A stretch of 64,000 bases of DNA from Minisyncoccota bacterium (GTDB lineage Bacteria > Patescibacteriota > Minisyncoccia > Phycocordibacterales > SW-6-46-9), in the NCBI GenBank assembly GCA_040905385.1, contig JBBDRP010000002.1, forward strand, positions 395,526 to 459,525, given 5' to 3'. The position numbers and the translations under genes were made by a program. Below are positions 24,684-35,081 of this stretch, one piece after another (position 1 is the stretch's first letter; each line of letters starts with the position of its first letter). The notes beneath the pieces were generated by a model. It had not been told where the DNA came from and made no database searches. It saw nothing but the letters and a program-made list of their open reading frames with translations.

Positions 24684-25292
24684 ATGCAAATCGGACCACG
24701 ATACAAAATATGTAAACGACTCGGATCTGGTGTTTTTCAGAAGTGTCAGACACAGAAGTTTGAAACTGCGAAATCTCGTGGTGAGAAGCGTGGTGGACGT
24801 CCGCGCCGGCAATCAAATTACGGTGCTCAACTAGTAGAAAAGCAGAAGGTTCGTTACAGCTACGGTATTGAGGAGAAGCAGTTCCGTCGCTATATTAAAG
24901 GCGCTGTGTCCCAAAACCGCCGACGACCAGTAACTGCACTGTACCAGGATCTCGAATCTCGACTTGATAATGTCGTCTTTCGTGCTGGATTTGCCAAAAG
25001 TCGCCAGATGGCCCGACAGCTGGTCGTACATGGGCACATTTTTGTGGATGGTAAGCGTGTTGATGTACCTTCATATACGGTTAAGACAGGAGACAAGATA
25101 CATGTACGTGAGCAGAGTCAGGACAAGGGGCCATTTGTTGAAGCCAAGGAGAATCTTGAGGGTTTCACTGCACCAGCCTGGCTATCTGTTGATCGCTCTA
25201 ACCTAACAGTTGAGCTCCAAGCAGCACCAAACTATGACCCAACAGTGGAAATCTTCGATCTTACTTCAGTCATCGAGTTCTACAGTCGATAA
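24684..25292 (+). CDS. rpsD: 30S ribosomal protein S4
   Basis: MQIGPRYKICKRLG..; S4 domain LESRLDNVVFRAGFAKSRQMARQLVVHGHIFVDGKRV. Confidence 0.9.
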   Translation: MQIGPRYKICKRLGSGVFQKCQTQKFETAKSRGEKRGGRPRRQSNYGAQLVEKQKVRYSYGIEEKQFRRYIKGAVSQNRRRPVTALYQDLESRLDNVVFRAGFAKSRQMARQLVVHGHIFVDGKRVDVPSYTVKTGDKIHVREQSQDKGPFVEAKENLEGFTAPAWLSVDRSNLTVELQAAPNYDPTVEIFDLTSVIEFYSR

Positions 25293-25400
25293 GAAACTGT
25301 TTAGAGTCTCTAACAGTTTCTAAGTTTGCAAAGCAGTCAAAAATACGGTACTCTTTGACTGTTTGAAATACATTTTATGCGTTAACGTAAATATATTAGA

Positions 25401-26375
25401 ATGCCTCTGTCAACAAACATCTCATTTCCATCAAAACCCGAAGTCGTGAAGGAAGAAGGTTTTCAAGGAAAGTATAAAATAGACGGTCTGTATCCCGGAT
25501 ATGGTTACACGCTTGGTAATTCCTTGCGTCGTATCATCCTGTCTTCACTACCAGGAACAGCCATTACTGCCATTAAAATTGAGGGTGTCGAGCATGAGTT
25601 TTCCACGCTTGATGGGGTAAAGGAAGACGTCATCACTATGATGATGAATCTCAAGAATGTTCGTTTTAAAGCCAGCACAGACGAGCCGCAAACTGCTACA
25701 TTGTCAGCTAGCGGAGTGGGCGAGGTCACGGCTGGTGATATTGACGTACCCGGCCAACTTGAGGTCATTAATGATGATCTTGTCATTGCTAATATTACTG
25801 ACAAAGGTACAAACTTAGAAATTGAGATGAAAATTGAGAGTGGACTTGGGTATGTTAGCAAGGAAGATCACAAGCAGGAGAAGGTAAGTGCTGGAGAAAT
25901 TGCCGTTGACGCTAACTTTAGTCCGATTCGATTGGTAAACTACGAAGTTGAAGAGATGCGTGTTGGTGACCGAACCGACTACAACCGTCTTGAGATTACT
26001 ATCGAGACAGATGGCACGTTGTCACCACGAGAGGCACTTGAGACCTCAATACTGACAATGATTCGTCAACTGCAGGCGATTATTGATATTCAGGAACCAG
26101 TACGCGGACCAGTACCAGATGAACCAGAAGAAGTAGAGGAAGACATCGAAGACACTGACAGTGAATTAGCTGAATTTCTGAAGACACGTATTGAGAACCT
26201 TGATCTGCCAACTCGTACTACGAATGCGCTAGAACGTGCTAGTATCCGTACGGCTGGTGGACTTGTCAAAAAGACACGCTCTGATTTGCTGGTTGTCGAT
26301 GGCCTGGGAAAGAAGGGTGTAGATGAAATCGAGGACATGCTCGAGGATAACAACGCTTCGCTGTCAGAGTCATAG
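25401..26375 (+). CDS. rpoA: DNA-directed RNA polymerase alpha subunit
   Basis: GYGYTLGNSLRRIILSS, alpha-NTD and alpha-CTD. Confidence 0.9.
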   Translation: MPLSTNISFPSKPEVVKEEGFQGKYKIDGLYPGYGYTLGNSLRRIILSSLPGTAITAIKIEGVEHEFSTLDGVKEDVITMMMNLKNVRFKASTDEPQTATLSASGVGEVTAGDIDVPGQLEVINDDLVIANITDKGTNLEIEMKIESGLGYVSKEDHKQEKVSAGEIAVDANFSPIRLVNYEVEEMRVGDRTDYNRLEITIETDGTLSPREALETSILTMIRQLQAIIDIQEPVRGPVPDEPEEVEEDIEDTDSELAEFLKTRIENLDLPTRTTNALERASIRTAGGLVKKTRSDLLVVDGLGKKGVDEIEDMLEDNNASLSES

Positions 26376-26387
26376 AAATTTTTTATT

Positions 26388-26747
26388 ATGAAGCATCACA
26401 CGAAACAAAAAAAACTTGGTCGTGTAAAGAATCAGCGCAAGGCATTGCTGTGTTCGTTGACTGAGGCGTTGGTTGATCACGGTCAAATTACGACTACCGA
26501 AGCCAAGGCCAAAGCATTGCGACCATTTGTAGAGAAATTGATTACGAAGGCTCGAGCAGGTGATGATCAGCAGACGCGTCGCTTGCTAATCAAGCGTTTA
26601 AATGGCCGCAAGGAGACAGCTGCCAAGCTTATCCAGGATATTGCCCCTCAGTACAAGGATAGAAATGGTGGATATACACGAATAGTAAAGCTTCCGCCGC
26701 GAAAGAGTGATAGTGCAAAGCAGGCGATCATTCAGTTTGTTTCCTAA
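26388..26747 (+). CDS. rplQ: 50S ribosomal protein L17
   Basis: MKHHTKQKKLGR..LLCSLTEALVDHGQITTTEAKAKALRPFVEKLITKA. Confidence 0.9.
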   Translation: MKHHTKQKKLGRVKNQRKALLCSLTEALVDHGQITTTEAKAKALRPFVEKLITKARAGDDQQTRRLLIKRLNGRKETAAKLIQDIAPQYKDRNGGYTRIVKLPPRKSDSAKQAIIQFVS

Positions 26748-26757
26748 ATTTTATATT

Positions 26758-27111
26758 ATGCCAACAGATTCACACACAATTGATGCAACCGGAGAGAAGC
26801 TTGGACGTCTCGCGTCTCAGGTCGCCACGATACTAATGGGAAAGGATCGAGTCGATTTCGCCCGTAACCAGGTAGCCGACGTTACCGTGACAATTGAAAA
26901 TGCCTCGAAATTGGATATTACGGCTGACCGTTTGGACAATAAAGTTTATGACCGTTTCTCAGGGTATCCTGGTGGCCGCAAAGAGGAAACAGCCCGCGAA
27001 GTTGTTGAAAAAAAGGGATACGGAGAGTTGATTCGACGAGCAGTTCGTGGAATGCTTCCGGACAACAAGCTAAAGGATCCAACCATGAAAAACCTTATTA
27101 TTACGGAGTAG
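26758..27111 (+). CDS. rplM: 50S ribosomal protein L13
   Basis: MPTDSHTIDATGEKLGRLASQVATILMGK; internal ATG within ORF 26707. Confidence 0.85.
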   Translation: MPTDSHTIDATGEKLGRLASQVATILMGKDRVDFARNQVADVTVTIENASKLDITADRLDNKVYDRFSGYPGGRKEETAREVVEKKGYGELIRRAVRGMLPDNKLKDPTMKNLIITE

Positions 27112-27185
27112 TTAACGCTTGATACGGATTGAAATCAAGTCAAATATTTAGTAAAATACTTATGATGATCGATTACGATAAAAAA

Positions 27186-27584
27186 ATGACAGGAGAATAT
27201 ATTGAATCAGTTGGCCGCCGCAAGACGGCGACTGCGAGAGTGCGAATGTTTAAAGCTAAAAAGACTGAGGTTATCGTAAACGGTCAGCCTGTCGAGGAAT
27301 ACTTTCCGACCGAAGAAATGCAGTTAATGACAAAAGAGCCATTCACTACCGTAGAAGAACTAGCTGATCCATTTTTTGTTTCAGTTCATGTTTCAGGTAG
27401 TGGTTTGTCCGGGCAGGCACAAGCAGTACGTCACGGTATTTCCCGTGCGCTGGTTGATTTCTCAAGTGAAGCAAAAAAACCACTAAAGGACAAAGGATTT
27501 CTCAAGCGTGACCCACGAATGGTTGAGCGAAAGAAGCCAGGAAGAAAGAAGGCCCGAAAGTCATCACAATGGTCTAAGCGATAA
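27186..27584 (+). CDS. rpsI: 30S ribosomal protein S9
   Basis: ESVGRRKTATARV..; C-terminus RKKPGRKKARKSSQWSKR. Confidence 0.85.
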   Translation: MTGEYIESVGRRKTATARVRMFKAKKTEVIVNGQPVEEYFPTEEMQLMTKEPFTTVEELADPFFVSVHVSGSGLSGQAQAVRHGISRALVDFSSEAKKPLKDKGFLKRDPRMVERKKPGRKKARKSSQWSKR

Positions 27585-27606
27585 GTTACTATTACGCTAG
27601 CTTATG

Positions 27607-27633
27607 TATGAAAAATATACTGTATTTTTCATA
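27607..27633. promoter_or_regulatory. Perfect 11-bp inverted repeat TATGAAAAATA-TACTG-TATTTTTCATA upstream of grpE-dnaK-dnaJ (non-CIRCE operator candidate)
   Basis: Perfect palindrome about 70 bp upstream of the grpE ATG; no CIRCE (TTAGCACTC-N9-GAGTGCTAA) present in the operon region. Confidence 0.5.
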
Positions 27634-27661
27634 CGAACAAGGTCATCTAGTGTCACAAGAT

Positions 27662-27701
27662 CCTAGCACCCTAATTTCCTAAAAACCTAATCTCCTAGAA
27701 T
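27662..27701. repeat. Octamer tandem array CCTAGCAC CCTAATTT CCTAAAAA CCTAATCT CCTAGAAT ending 1 nt before the grpE start codon
   Basis: Five phased CCTARNNN units; same family and same position relative to the ATG as the array 13344-13391. Confidence 0.7.
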
Positions 27702-27702
27702 T

Positions 27703-28320
27703 ATGGCGGATACTGAGGATAAAGAAACACAGCAAGATCCTGAAGAAAACGCAACTGTCGACGCTGAGACTGATGGTGAGTATGTTATTGAGGAAGAGAA
27801 TGATGGAGATCATACCGACAGCGATAATCAGTCAAAAGACACTGTCAGCCGACTGAGAGAGAAGCTGAAGCAGTGTGTATCTGAAAAGCAGGAGTATCTT
27901 GATGGTTGGCAGCGGGCCAAGGCCGACATGGTTAACACACGTAAGGAGTTTGCAAGGGAGCGTGAGCGGATGAAGGAACGCACAACCGAGGAGGTGATTG
28001 CCTCGATTCTACCAGTCCTAGACTCATTTGAGATGGCTTTTGCTGATAAGGACAAATGGAATGAGGTTGAGGAGCAGTGGCGATCAGGAGTTGAGCATAT
28101 ACACACGCAGCTCGTTAATGTGCTCAAGTCACATGGTGTTGAGTCAATTATTCCCGGCGAGGGCGATGCTTTTAGTCCACAGCAGCATACATCGGTCGAT
28201 ACGATGGCTGCAGCGAGTGCGGATCAGGATGATACGGTGGCTCGCTGTGAGAAGACTGGTTACCGTATCGGTGATCGCATCATCCGCAGTGCAAATGTTG
28301 TGGTTTATAAATCAGAGTAG
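27703..28320 (+). CDS. grpE: Nucleotide exchange factor GrpE
   Basis: Coiled-coil N-terminus, SILPVLDSFEMAF, C-terminal beta domain GYRIGDRIIRSANVVV. Confidence 0.85.
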   Translation: MADTEDKETQQDPEENATVDAETDGEYVIEEENDGDHTDSDNQSKDTVSRLREKLKQCVSEKQEYLDGWQRAKADMVNTRKEFARERERMKERTTEEVIASILPVLDSFEMAFADKDKWNEVEEQWRSGVEHIHTQLVNVLKSHGVESIIPGEGDAFSPQQHTSVDTMAAASADQDDTVARCEKTGYRIGDRIIRSANVVVYKSE

Positions 28321-28365
28321 TTTAAACATATTTACGTATTATCAAGTAATTAATCATTACCTATC

Positions 28366-30252
28366 ATGAGCAAAATTCTCGGAATTGATCTCGGAACAAC
28401 CAACTCAGCCTTTGCTATTTTTGAAGGTGGAGATCCAAAAATTTTAGAAAATGCCGAAGGAAATCGTACAACACCGTCAGTGGTGGCGATGTCTAAGAAT
28501 GATGAGCGATTGGTCGGGCAGCTAGCGAAACGTCAGGCTGTTACCAACCCAGAAAATACTATTTTTGGTATCAAGCGCTTTATTGGTCATAGTTTCGACG
28601 AGGATGTAGTTGCAGCGGAGAAGGACATTGTGCCGTACGAAGTAACAGAGAGTAAAAATGGTGGTGTTGTGGTAAAGATGGGAGAGAAGACGTATCGACC
28701 AGAGGAAATTTCAGCTATGATACTCGGAAAGATCAAGCAGGATGCCGAAGAAAAAATTGGCGAAGAAATCACTCAGGCGGTTATTACCGTTCCGGCCTAC
28801 TTCAATGACTCGCAGCGAAAGGCCACCAAGGATGCTGGTGAGATTGCCGGTCTGGAGGTGAAGCGAATTATTAATGAGCCAACTGCCGCAGCCTTGGCAT
28901 ATGGCTTTAATAAAAAAGAAGACAAGCAGATCGTTGTCTTTGACTACGGAGGTGGAACCTTTGATGTCTCTGTTCTAGAGGTGGGTGAAGGTGTGGTTGA
29001 GGTAAAAAGTACTGACGGTGACAGCCACATGGGTGGTAAGGATATCGACCAGAAGATAATCAACTGGATTATTGAGGAGTTCAAGAAGGATTCAGGTATT
29101 GATATCTCCAAGGACCGTCTTGCATTGCAGCGACTAGATGAAGCGGCCGAGAAGGCCAAGATCGAGCTGTCTACTACCAACGAAAGCGAGATAAATATCC
29201 CGTTTATTACATCTAATGACTCCGGGCCACAGCACCTGATGCTGAAGCTGAGTCGTTCAAAACTTGAGCAGCTGGCCGGTGAGTTTATTGATCGCTCTAT
29301 TGATATTACGAAATCAGCCATCGAAGCCTCTCCATTCTCTAAGGGAGATATTGATGAGATTATTCTCGTTGGTGGACAGACGCGAATGCCGAAAATCTCA
29401 TCACGTGTCGAGGAGTTCTTTGGTAAGGCACCCAATAAGACAATCAACCCGGATGAGGTAGTGGCACTGGGTGCCGCGGTGCAGGGAGGAATCTTCCAGG
29501 ACGATGTGAAGGATGTACTGCTTCTGGATGTAACGCCGTTGTCGCTGGGAATCGAGACAATGGGTGGTGTATTTACCGAGCTGATTGAGGCCAACACCAC
29601 AATTCCAACCAGCCGTTCCAAGACCTTTTCAACTGCCCAGGATAATCAGACCTCAGTAGAGATCCACGTCCTGCAGGGAGAGCGCTCCATGGCCTCTGAC
29701 AATAAGTCACTTGGACGTTTTGTTCTTGAGGGAATTCCACCGGCCGCGCGCGGAAAGCCACAGATCGAGGTAGAGTTTGATATTAATGCCGATGGTATCC
29801 TGAATGTGAGTGCTAAGGATAATAACTCTGGCAAGGAGCAGTCGATTAAGATCGAGGCTAACTCGGATCTATCTGATGATGAGATTGAGAAGATGAAGCA
29901 GGATGCTGAAGCTCATGCTGATGAAGATAAAAAGAAGAAGGAGCTGATTAATACACGCAATCAGGCCGAGCAGCTCGCCTTTACCGCCGAGGAAGCGATG
30001 AAGGAAAACAAGGAGGCGATTGATGATGATACTGCCGAAGAAATCGAGGCTGATATAAAGAATCTTCGCGAAAAGAAGGAGTCAGATGATATTGATGAGA
30101 TTAAAGAGGCTACGGAAAAGCTTTCGAAATCTATGCAGAAAATTGGTGAGGCGATGCAGCAGAAGGCCGAGGCTCAAGAGGATAACGATAAGGAAGGTGA
30201 TGTTCGTGATGCTGAGGTGGAGGATGATGATGACAGCAAAGACGAAAAATAG
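28366..30252 (+). CDS. dnaK: Chaperone DnaK (Hsp70)
   Basis: [28 protein letters not shown]; acidic C-terminal tail. Confidence 0.95.
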   Translation: MSKILGIDLGTTNSAFAIFEGGDPKILENAEGNRTTPSVVAMSKNDERLVGQLAKRQAVTNPENTIFGIKRFIGHSFDEDVVAAEKDIVPYEVTESKNGGVVVKMGEKTYRPEEISAMILGKIKQDAEEKIGEEITQAVITVPAYFNDSQRKATKDAGEIAGLEVKRIINEPTAAALAYGFNKKEDKQIVVFDYGGGTFDVSVLEVGEGVVEVKSTDGDSHMGGKDIDQKIINWIIEEFKKDSGIDISKDRLALQRLDEAAEKAKIELSTTNESEINIPFITSNDSGPQHLMLKLSRSKLEQLAGEFIDRSIDITKSAIEASPFSKGDIDEIILVGGQTRMPKISSRVEEFFGKAPNKTINPDEVVALGAAVQGGIFQDDVKDVLLLDVTPLSLGIETMGGVFTELIEANTTIPTSRSKTFSTAQDNQTSVEIHVLQGERSMASDNKSLGRFVLEGIPPAARGKPQIEVEFDINADGILNVSAKDNNSGKEQSIKIEANSDLSDDEIEKMKQDAEAHADEDKKKKELINTRNQAEQLAFTAEEAMKENKEAIDDDTAEEIEADIKNLREKKESDDIDEIKEATEKLSKSMQKIGEAMQQKAEAQEDNDKEGDVRDAEVEDDDDSKDEK

Positions 30253-30466
30253 GTCGTTCGCATCCCACTTTCCAAGATGCACATATCGAATTCCCAGCGG
30301 GAATTCGCACTCAGTCTCGCCAGCATATTCCGCGCATGCGGAACCATGCATATGCTGGCTCCGAAGGCATCATGGAAAGGAGATGCTCACTTTAAGGTCA
30401 CCACGTACAATGAGTATAATTAATTTACTTGCTAACTGCTAAGCGCTAGCAGCTAAAAGCTCAATC

Positions 30467-31528
30467 ATGTCAAAAGACTATTACAAGATATTAGGAGTTG
30501 ATAAGGACGCTTCGCAGGCGGATATCAAGAAGGCGTATCGCAAAAAGGCGCACAAGCACCACCCGGACAAGTCGGATGGTGACGAAGACGAGTTCAAGCG
30601 CATCAGCGAGGCATACAGTGTGCTCTCTGATGAGGATAAGCGAGCCAAGTATGACCGTTTTGGATCTGACTTTGATCAGGCTGGTGCTGGTGGATTCGGC
30701 GGCGGCTTTTCTGGATTTCAGCAGGCAGGTGGGGCGCAGGGCTTTAATATGGGTGATATCTTTTCTGAATTCTTTGGTGGCGGTGCGCGTACAGCCACCA
30801 AGCAAGCGGTTGGTAATGATGTGCAGGTTGATACCGAGCTTACTTTCAAGGAGTCAGTGTTTGGCACGACCAAGACCATTTCTCTTAGTCGCCAGACGAC
30901 CTGCAGTAAGTGTGGAGGCGCGCGTACAACCGATGGGGAGATGAAGGAGTGTGACCGCTGTGAGGGCTCTGGACAGGTAGAGACGGTTCAGCAGACGATG
31001 CTGGGCCGGATCCAGACAACACAGGCATGTAAGAAGTGCTTTGCCACCGGCGAGATTCCGGAGAATCCATGCTCTCGGTGTGGTGGTTCCGGTGTTACCA
31101 AGGAGTCTGAGGAGATTGATATCAAGATTCCGGCTGGTGTTTCCGATGGAGAGATGGTGCGAATTCGCGGTAAAGGTGAGCAGGCGCCAGGCGGTCAGGC
31201 TGGCGATCTGTATGTAAAGCTGCATGTTGGTGGTAGCAGTGAGTTCCAGAAGGATGGCCAGAATCTAAAAAAGCAGCTGACTATCAGCATGAGCGAAGCT
31301 GCGCTCGGAACCAAGAAGAAAATCAAGACACTGGATGACGGTGAGGTGACACTGAAAATCCCGGCCGGCATCACCCACGGAGAGCTTTTGAAAATAAGCA
31401 GCAAGGGAATTCCTGATCGTCGTGGCAGTCGTGGAGATCTTCTGGTGCGTATTCGTGTTAACATTCCCGATAAGCTGACCAAGGAGCAGAAGGAGCTTTT
31501 GAGTAAACTCCAAGACACCGGTTTATAA
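30467..31528 (+). CDS. dnaJ: Chaperone DnaJ
   Basis: J domain with HPD; four CxxCxGxG zinc-finger repeats. Confidence 0.9.
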   Translation: MSKDYYKILGVDKDASQADIKKAYRKKAHKHHPDKSDGDEDEFKRISEAYSVLSDEDKRAKYDRFGSDFDQAGAGGFGGGFSGFQQAGGAQGFNMGDIFSEFFGGGARTATKQAVGNDVQVDTELTFKESVFGTTKTISLSRQTTCSKCGGARTTDGEMKECDRCEGSGQVETVQQTMLGRIQTTQACKKCFATGEIPENPCSRCGGSGVTKESEEIDIKIPAGVSDGEMVRIRGKGEQAPGGQAGDLYVKLHVGGSSEFQKDGQNLKKQLTISMSEAALGTKKKIKTLDDGEVTLKIPAGITHGELLKISSKGIPDRRGSRGDLLVRIRVNIPDKLTKEQKELLSKLQDTGL

Positions 31529-31540
31529 AGACACTCATTC

Positions 31541-31609
31541 AGCCGTTTTTACTTAGCACGAGTCGAGCTCTCCGCTCAGCTTCGCTTCCGCGAGGTACGT
31601 AAAACGGCT
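31541..31609. other. Long-range inverted repeat (agccgtttttac .. gtaaaacggct) enclosing about 45 nt downstream of dnaJ
   Basis: About 11-bp arms bracketing a GC-rich segment; possible terminator or structured element. Confidence 0.3.
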
Positions 31610-31683
31610 AAATTCGCTCTATCACCACACAGGTTGAACCAGTGTGGTAAGGAAGCATACTCTAAATATATTAAAATGTGGCT

Positions 31684-31708
31684 AATATTCACAAATACTG
31701 CGAATATT
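31684..31708. promoter_or_regulatory. Second copy of the palindromic operator (AATATTCACA-N5-TGCGAATATT) upstream of the ankyrin gene
   Basis: One mismatch relative to the 2211-2235 copy; same spacing to the promoter. Confidence 0.6.
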
Positions 31709-31742
31709 ATGAGTATTATCGTACGTTTGTCCTGCCATTAAT

Positions 31743-31770
31743 TTGACAAAGAATATAAGATATGTATGAT
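31743..31770 (+). promoter_or_regulatory. Sigma70-type promoter TTGACA-16-TATGAT for the ankyrin gene (second cassette copy)
   Basis: Whole block 31680-31790 is about 80% identical to 2207-2315. Confidence 0.55.
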
Positions 31771-31842
31771 TATAGTCAGAAACTAAAATGTTCATTGTAT
31801 AATTCGATATCCAGTGATTAAAACAATAAAGCGAGGTGAATT

Positions 31843-32382
31843 ATGGATTCTTCTATAAACTTTACTCGATATTTTTTAGATGCAGTAAGCTATGGTGATG
31901 AAAAAGCTATGCGTTTTTTTATCAAAAAAGGTGCTGATATTAAGGGAGTAAAAGATGGTGGTACAACAGGATTAATGCTTGCTGCAGAGAAAGGTCATTT
32001 AGGTATTGTTAAAATATTTCTAAATGAATATAGTGTGAATGTGGATCAGAAAGACAAAAAAAGAGGAAACACAGCCTTGATTTATGCCATACGTCGTTCT
32101 GGAAGTACGCCTGTTCCGTGTACAAAAAAACTTCTTGAGAAGTACATAAAAATAATCGAGTTATTACTTGATTACGGTGCTGATGTAAATGTTAAAAACA
32201 AATACGGAAAAACACCTTTGATGTATGCATGTGAAGATGAGTACGGACTTAGATGGCACATCGTTGATATCTTAAACAATAATGGAGCCAATCTAGGTAC
32301 TAAAGACACGTGGGGTAAAAAAGCTCTAGATTACGCACGCGAAAATCCTGGAATTGTTGGTATTAAGGTATCTGCAATATAA
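31843..32382 (+). CDS. Ankyrin-repeat protein
   Basis: Three to four ANK repeats (TGLMLAAEKGHLGIVKIFL; GNTALIYAIRR; KTPLMYACE..IVDILNNNGANL); AT-rich; terminator at about 32423-32455. Confidence 0.7.
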   Translation: MDSSINFTRYFLDAVSYGDEKAMRFFIKKGADIKGVKDGGTTGLMLAAEKGHLGIVKIFLNEYSVNVDQKDKKRGNTALIYAIRRSGSTPVPCTKKLLEKYIKIIELLLDYGADVNVKNKYGKTPLMYACEDEYGLRWHIVDILNNNGANLGTKDTWGKKALDYARENPGIVGIKVSAI

Positions 32383-32674
32383 AAATTTAACTTTGTAACT
32401 TATTTACAAATATAAATATTAAGGCCAATCGGAGAATCCGATTGGCTTTTTTCTTTGCGAGTAGGTCGCTTAGGCTGTATTATAAAAAAGTATGAGTAAT
32501 GAAAATAAACCCCAGCGGTCGTTCACCTGATACCTTCTCAATCTCCACGCGTTAATTTATCCAGCGATAAATTACGCTCACTCTCAAATAATTTCCACTT
32601 TCAGCGGACCCTGCAAATTATTCTCCGAGAGGGAGCTGAGAAGGAACGGGTTCACTTTAAGGTAAAATGATTTT

Positions 32675-34048
32675 ATGACAGACAAAGAAAACAATTTAGA
32701 GGAGATAGTATCACTGGCAAAACAACGCGGGTTTATATATCAAGGTTCAGAGATTTATGGCGGCCTGGCCGGGACGTGGGATTACGGACCGCTGGGTGTA
32801 GAGCTGGTTCGTAATATTAAGAATATTTGGTGGAAGCAGTTTGTGCAGGCTCGCCCGGATATCTACGGAGTTGATGCTGATATCTTGATGAGCGCAAAGG
32901 TTTGGCAGGCGAGTGGTCATGTCGACGGCTTCTCTGATCCTCTTGTTGAGGACGTAAAGACCAAGAAGCGCTACCGGGCCGATCATCTGCTGGAAGAGGC
33001 AGGTGTTGCAGGTGCGGAAGGGATGACTATAGAAGAGATGGATGCAGCTATTAAGGAGAAGGGAGTTAAGAGCCCGGACGGTAATGAGCTCGGTCAGGTA
33101 CAGGAGTTTAATATGATGTTTGCGACGGAAATCGGCGCCTCGGGAGAGTCGGCCGAGACAACGTACCTGCGACCAGAGACGGCACAGGGAATGTTTGTGA
33201 ACTTCAAGAATATTATTGATTCATTTCACCCGGATATTCCGTTTGGTATGGCACAGATTGGTAAGGCCTTTCGTAATGAGATTACGCCACGTAACTTCCT
33301 GTTTCGTACCCGAGAGTTCGAGCAGATGGAGGTAGAGTACTTTGTTCGCCCAGACGAGTGGGAGGATAGCTTTGAGATGTGGCGCAAAGAGATCTGGACT
33401 TTTATGGAGTCGATTGGGCTTGATACAGATAAGGTATCCGAGTACGACGTACCAGATGGCGAAGGAGCTCATTACGCAAAGCGCACGATTGATTTCGAGT
33501 TTTCCTATCCTTTTGGTACGAAGGAGTTGTACGGTCTGGCCTACCGCACTGATTACGACCTCACGAACCACATCGATGGCAGTGGCGAGAAGCTCGAGTA
33601 CTTTGATCAGGCAGCCGGTGAACGCTTCGTACCGCACGTGATCGAGCCGTCACTGGGAATTGACCGAACGGTGCTAGCACTGTTGTGTTCGGCGCTTGAG
33701 ACCGAGGAGGTTGATGGGGATGAGCGAACGGTGCTGCGGCTTGCTAAGAAAATTGCACCAATCAAGGTGGCGGTACTACCACTGCAGCGTAAGGACGGGC
33801 TACCAGAGAAGGCGCAGGAAGTATTCGCCACCCTGCAGCAGGATTTTGTGTGTCAGTATGACAAGACTGCCTCGATCGGAAAGCGCTACCGGCGCCAGGA
33901 CGAGGTCGGTACCCCGTACTGTGTGACGATTGATTACGATACGCTCGAGGATGACACTGTCACCATTCGCGATCGTGATACGATGGAGCAGGAACGAGTC
34001 GCTATTGGTGATCTGGTAGAGGTTATAAATACAAAACTCAGCGCCTAA
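32675..34048 (+). CDS. glyQS: Glycyl-tRNA synthetase (dimeric class II)
   Basis: Class II motifs; FRNEITPRNFLFRTREFEQMEVEYF; C-terminal anticodon-binding domain. Confidence 0.9.
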   Translation: MTDKENNLEEIVSLAKQRGFIYQGSEIYGGLAGTWDYGPLGVELVRNIKNIWWKQFVQARPDIYGVDADILMSAKVWQASGHVDGFSDPLVEDVKTKKRYRADHLLEEAGVAGAEGMTIEEMDAAIKEKGVKSPDGNELGQVQEFNMMFATEIGASGESAETTYLRPETAQGMFVNFKNIIDSFHPDIPFGMAQIGKAFRNEITPRNFLFRTREFEQMEVEYFVRPDEWEDSFEMWRKEIWTFMESIGLDTDKVSEYDVPDGEGAHYAKRTIDFEFSYPFGTKELYGLAYRTDYDLTNHIDGSGEKLEYFDQAAGERFVPHVIEPSLGIDRTVLALLCSALETEEVDGDERTVLRLAKKIAPIKVAVLPLQRKDGLPEKAQEVFATLQQDFVCQYDKTASIGKRYRRQDEVGTPYCVTIDYDTLEDDTVTIRDRDTMEQERVAIGDLVEVINTKLSA

Positions 34049-34050
34049 AT

Positions 34051-35037
34051 ATGGAAGAAAAAAAGATACAATCAATTGTCTCTGGCATCCAGCCGTCGGG
34101 ACGACCGCACATTGGAAACTACTTTGGTGCCATGGCGCGGCACATCGAGATGCAGGATGAATTTGATAAGGTCTATCTTTTCATTGCTGAGCATCACGCC
34201 ATCACCTCAACCCAGGACAAGGAGACACTGCGACAGAATATTTATGATCTGGCTGTGGATTACTTGGCTCTCGGTTTAGATCCGGATAAGGCAGTCTTTT
34301 ACCGTCAGCAGGACGTACCGGAGATTTTCGAGCTCACCTGGATCTTCAACTGTTTGGTGACTACTGGCTTTCTCGATCGGGCACATGCCTTCAAGGATAA
34401 AAGCAGCCAGGGTGTGAGTTCGAGTGTCGGGCTTTTTGACTACCCAGTGCTGCAGGCGGCCGACATTTTAATAACTGATGCGGATGGCGTGCCGGTCGGC
34501 GAGGACCAGCGCCAGCACATAGAGTATACGCGGGAGATTGCCCGAAAATTTAATACTACGTACGTAGAAGTTTTCAAGGAACCGACCGAACTGATCGAGG
34601 AATCAGCCGGTACAATTGCAGGTATCGACGGGCAGAAGATGAGTAAATCATACGGAAATGATATCCCGTTATTTGCTGACGACGAGACGCTGGAAAAGAA
34701 GGTAATGGCCATCGAGACTGACTCTCAGCCAGTCGAGGCTAAGAAGGATCCAGATGAAGATTTGGTATTTAGCTTTCATAAACTCTTCACACCGCAACCG
34801 CAGCTGTCTGAAGTTCGTGCCGGATACGAAGAGGGCGGGCTTGGTTATGGTGAGTCAAAAAAGATTCTTTTGGAGAATATGAAGAGATTTGTTGCGCCAC
34901 TGCGCGAGAAGCGAACAGAGATTGCAGATGACAGGGAATTTGTAATGGATGTGCTGGCGGCCGGGGCAAAAAAGATTCGTCCCCAGGCTGAAAGGAAGCT
35001 TGCTCAAGTCCGCGAAGCAGTTGGACTGATTTTGTAA
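34051..35037 (+). CDS. trpS: Tryptophanyl-tRNA synthetase
   Basis: [16 protein letters not shown] (HIGH-like) and KMSKS motifs. Confidence 0.9.
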   Translation: MEEKKIQSIVSGIQPSGRPHIGNYFGAMARHIEMQDEFDKVYLFIAEHHAITSTQDKETLRQNIYDLAVDYLALGLDPDKAVFYRQQDVPEIFELTWIFNCLVTTGFLDRAHAFKDKSSQGVSSSVGLFDYPVLQAADILITDADGVPVGEDQRQHIEYTREIARKFNTTYVEVFKEPTELIEESAGTIAGIDGQKMSKSYGNDIPLFADDETLEKKVMAIETDSQPVEAKKDPDEDLVFSFHKLFTPQPQLSEVRAGYEEGGLGYGESKKILLENMKRFVAPLREKRTEIADDREFVMDVLAAGAKKIRPQAERKLAQVREAVGLIL

Positions 35038-35081
35038 AAGTGACCTGCAAAATTGCGCTAATCCTGTATACTAAAGAGTAT

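Noticed and set aside
27585-30466. CIRCE or HAIR heat-shock operators at grpE, dnaK or dnaJ
   Set aside because: Neither TTAGCACTC-N9-GAGTGCTAA nor CTTGAGT-N7-ACTCAAG is present. The only TTAGCAC-containing stretch (31553-31580, after dnaJ) lacks the inverted partner.
30380-30466. Shared 12-mer TCACTTTAAGGT in the dnaJ leader and the glyS leader (32644-32655) as a common cis element
   Set aside because: A single exact 12-mer match is expected many times by chance among all position pairs in 64 kb. No extended similarity around it.
32460-32674. T-box riboswitch leader upstream of glyS (and of alaS at 18700-18899)
   Set aside because: No T-box consensus (AGGGUGGNACCGCG) or specifier-loop architecture visible in either leader.
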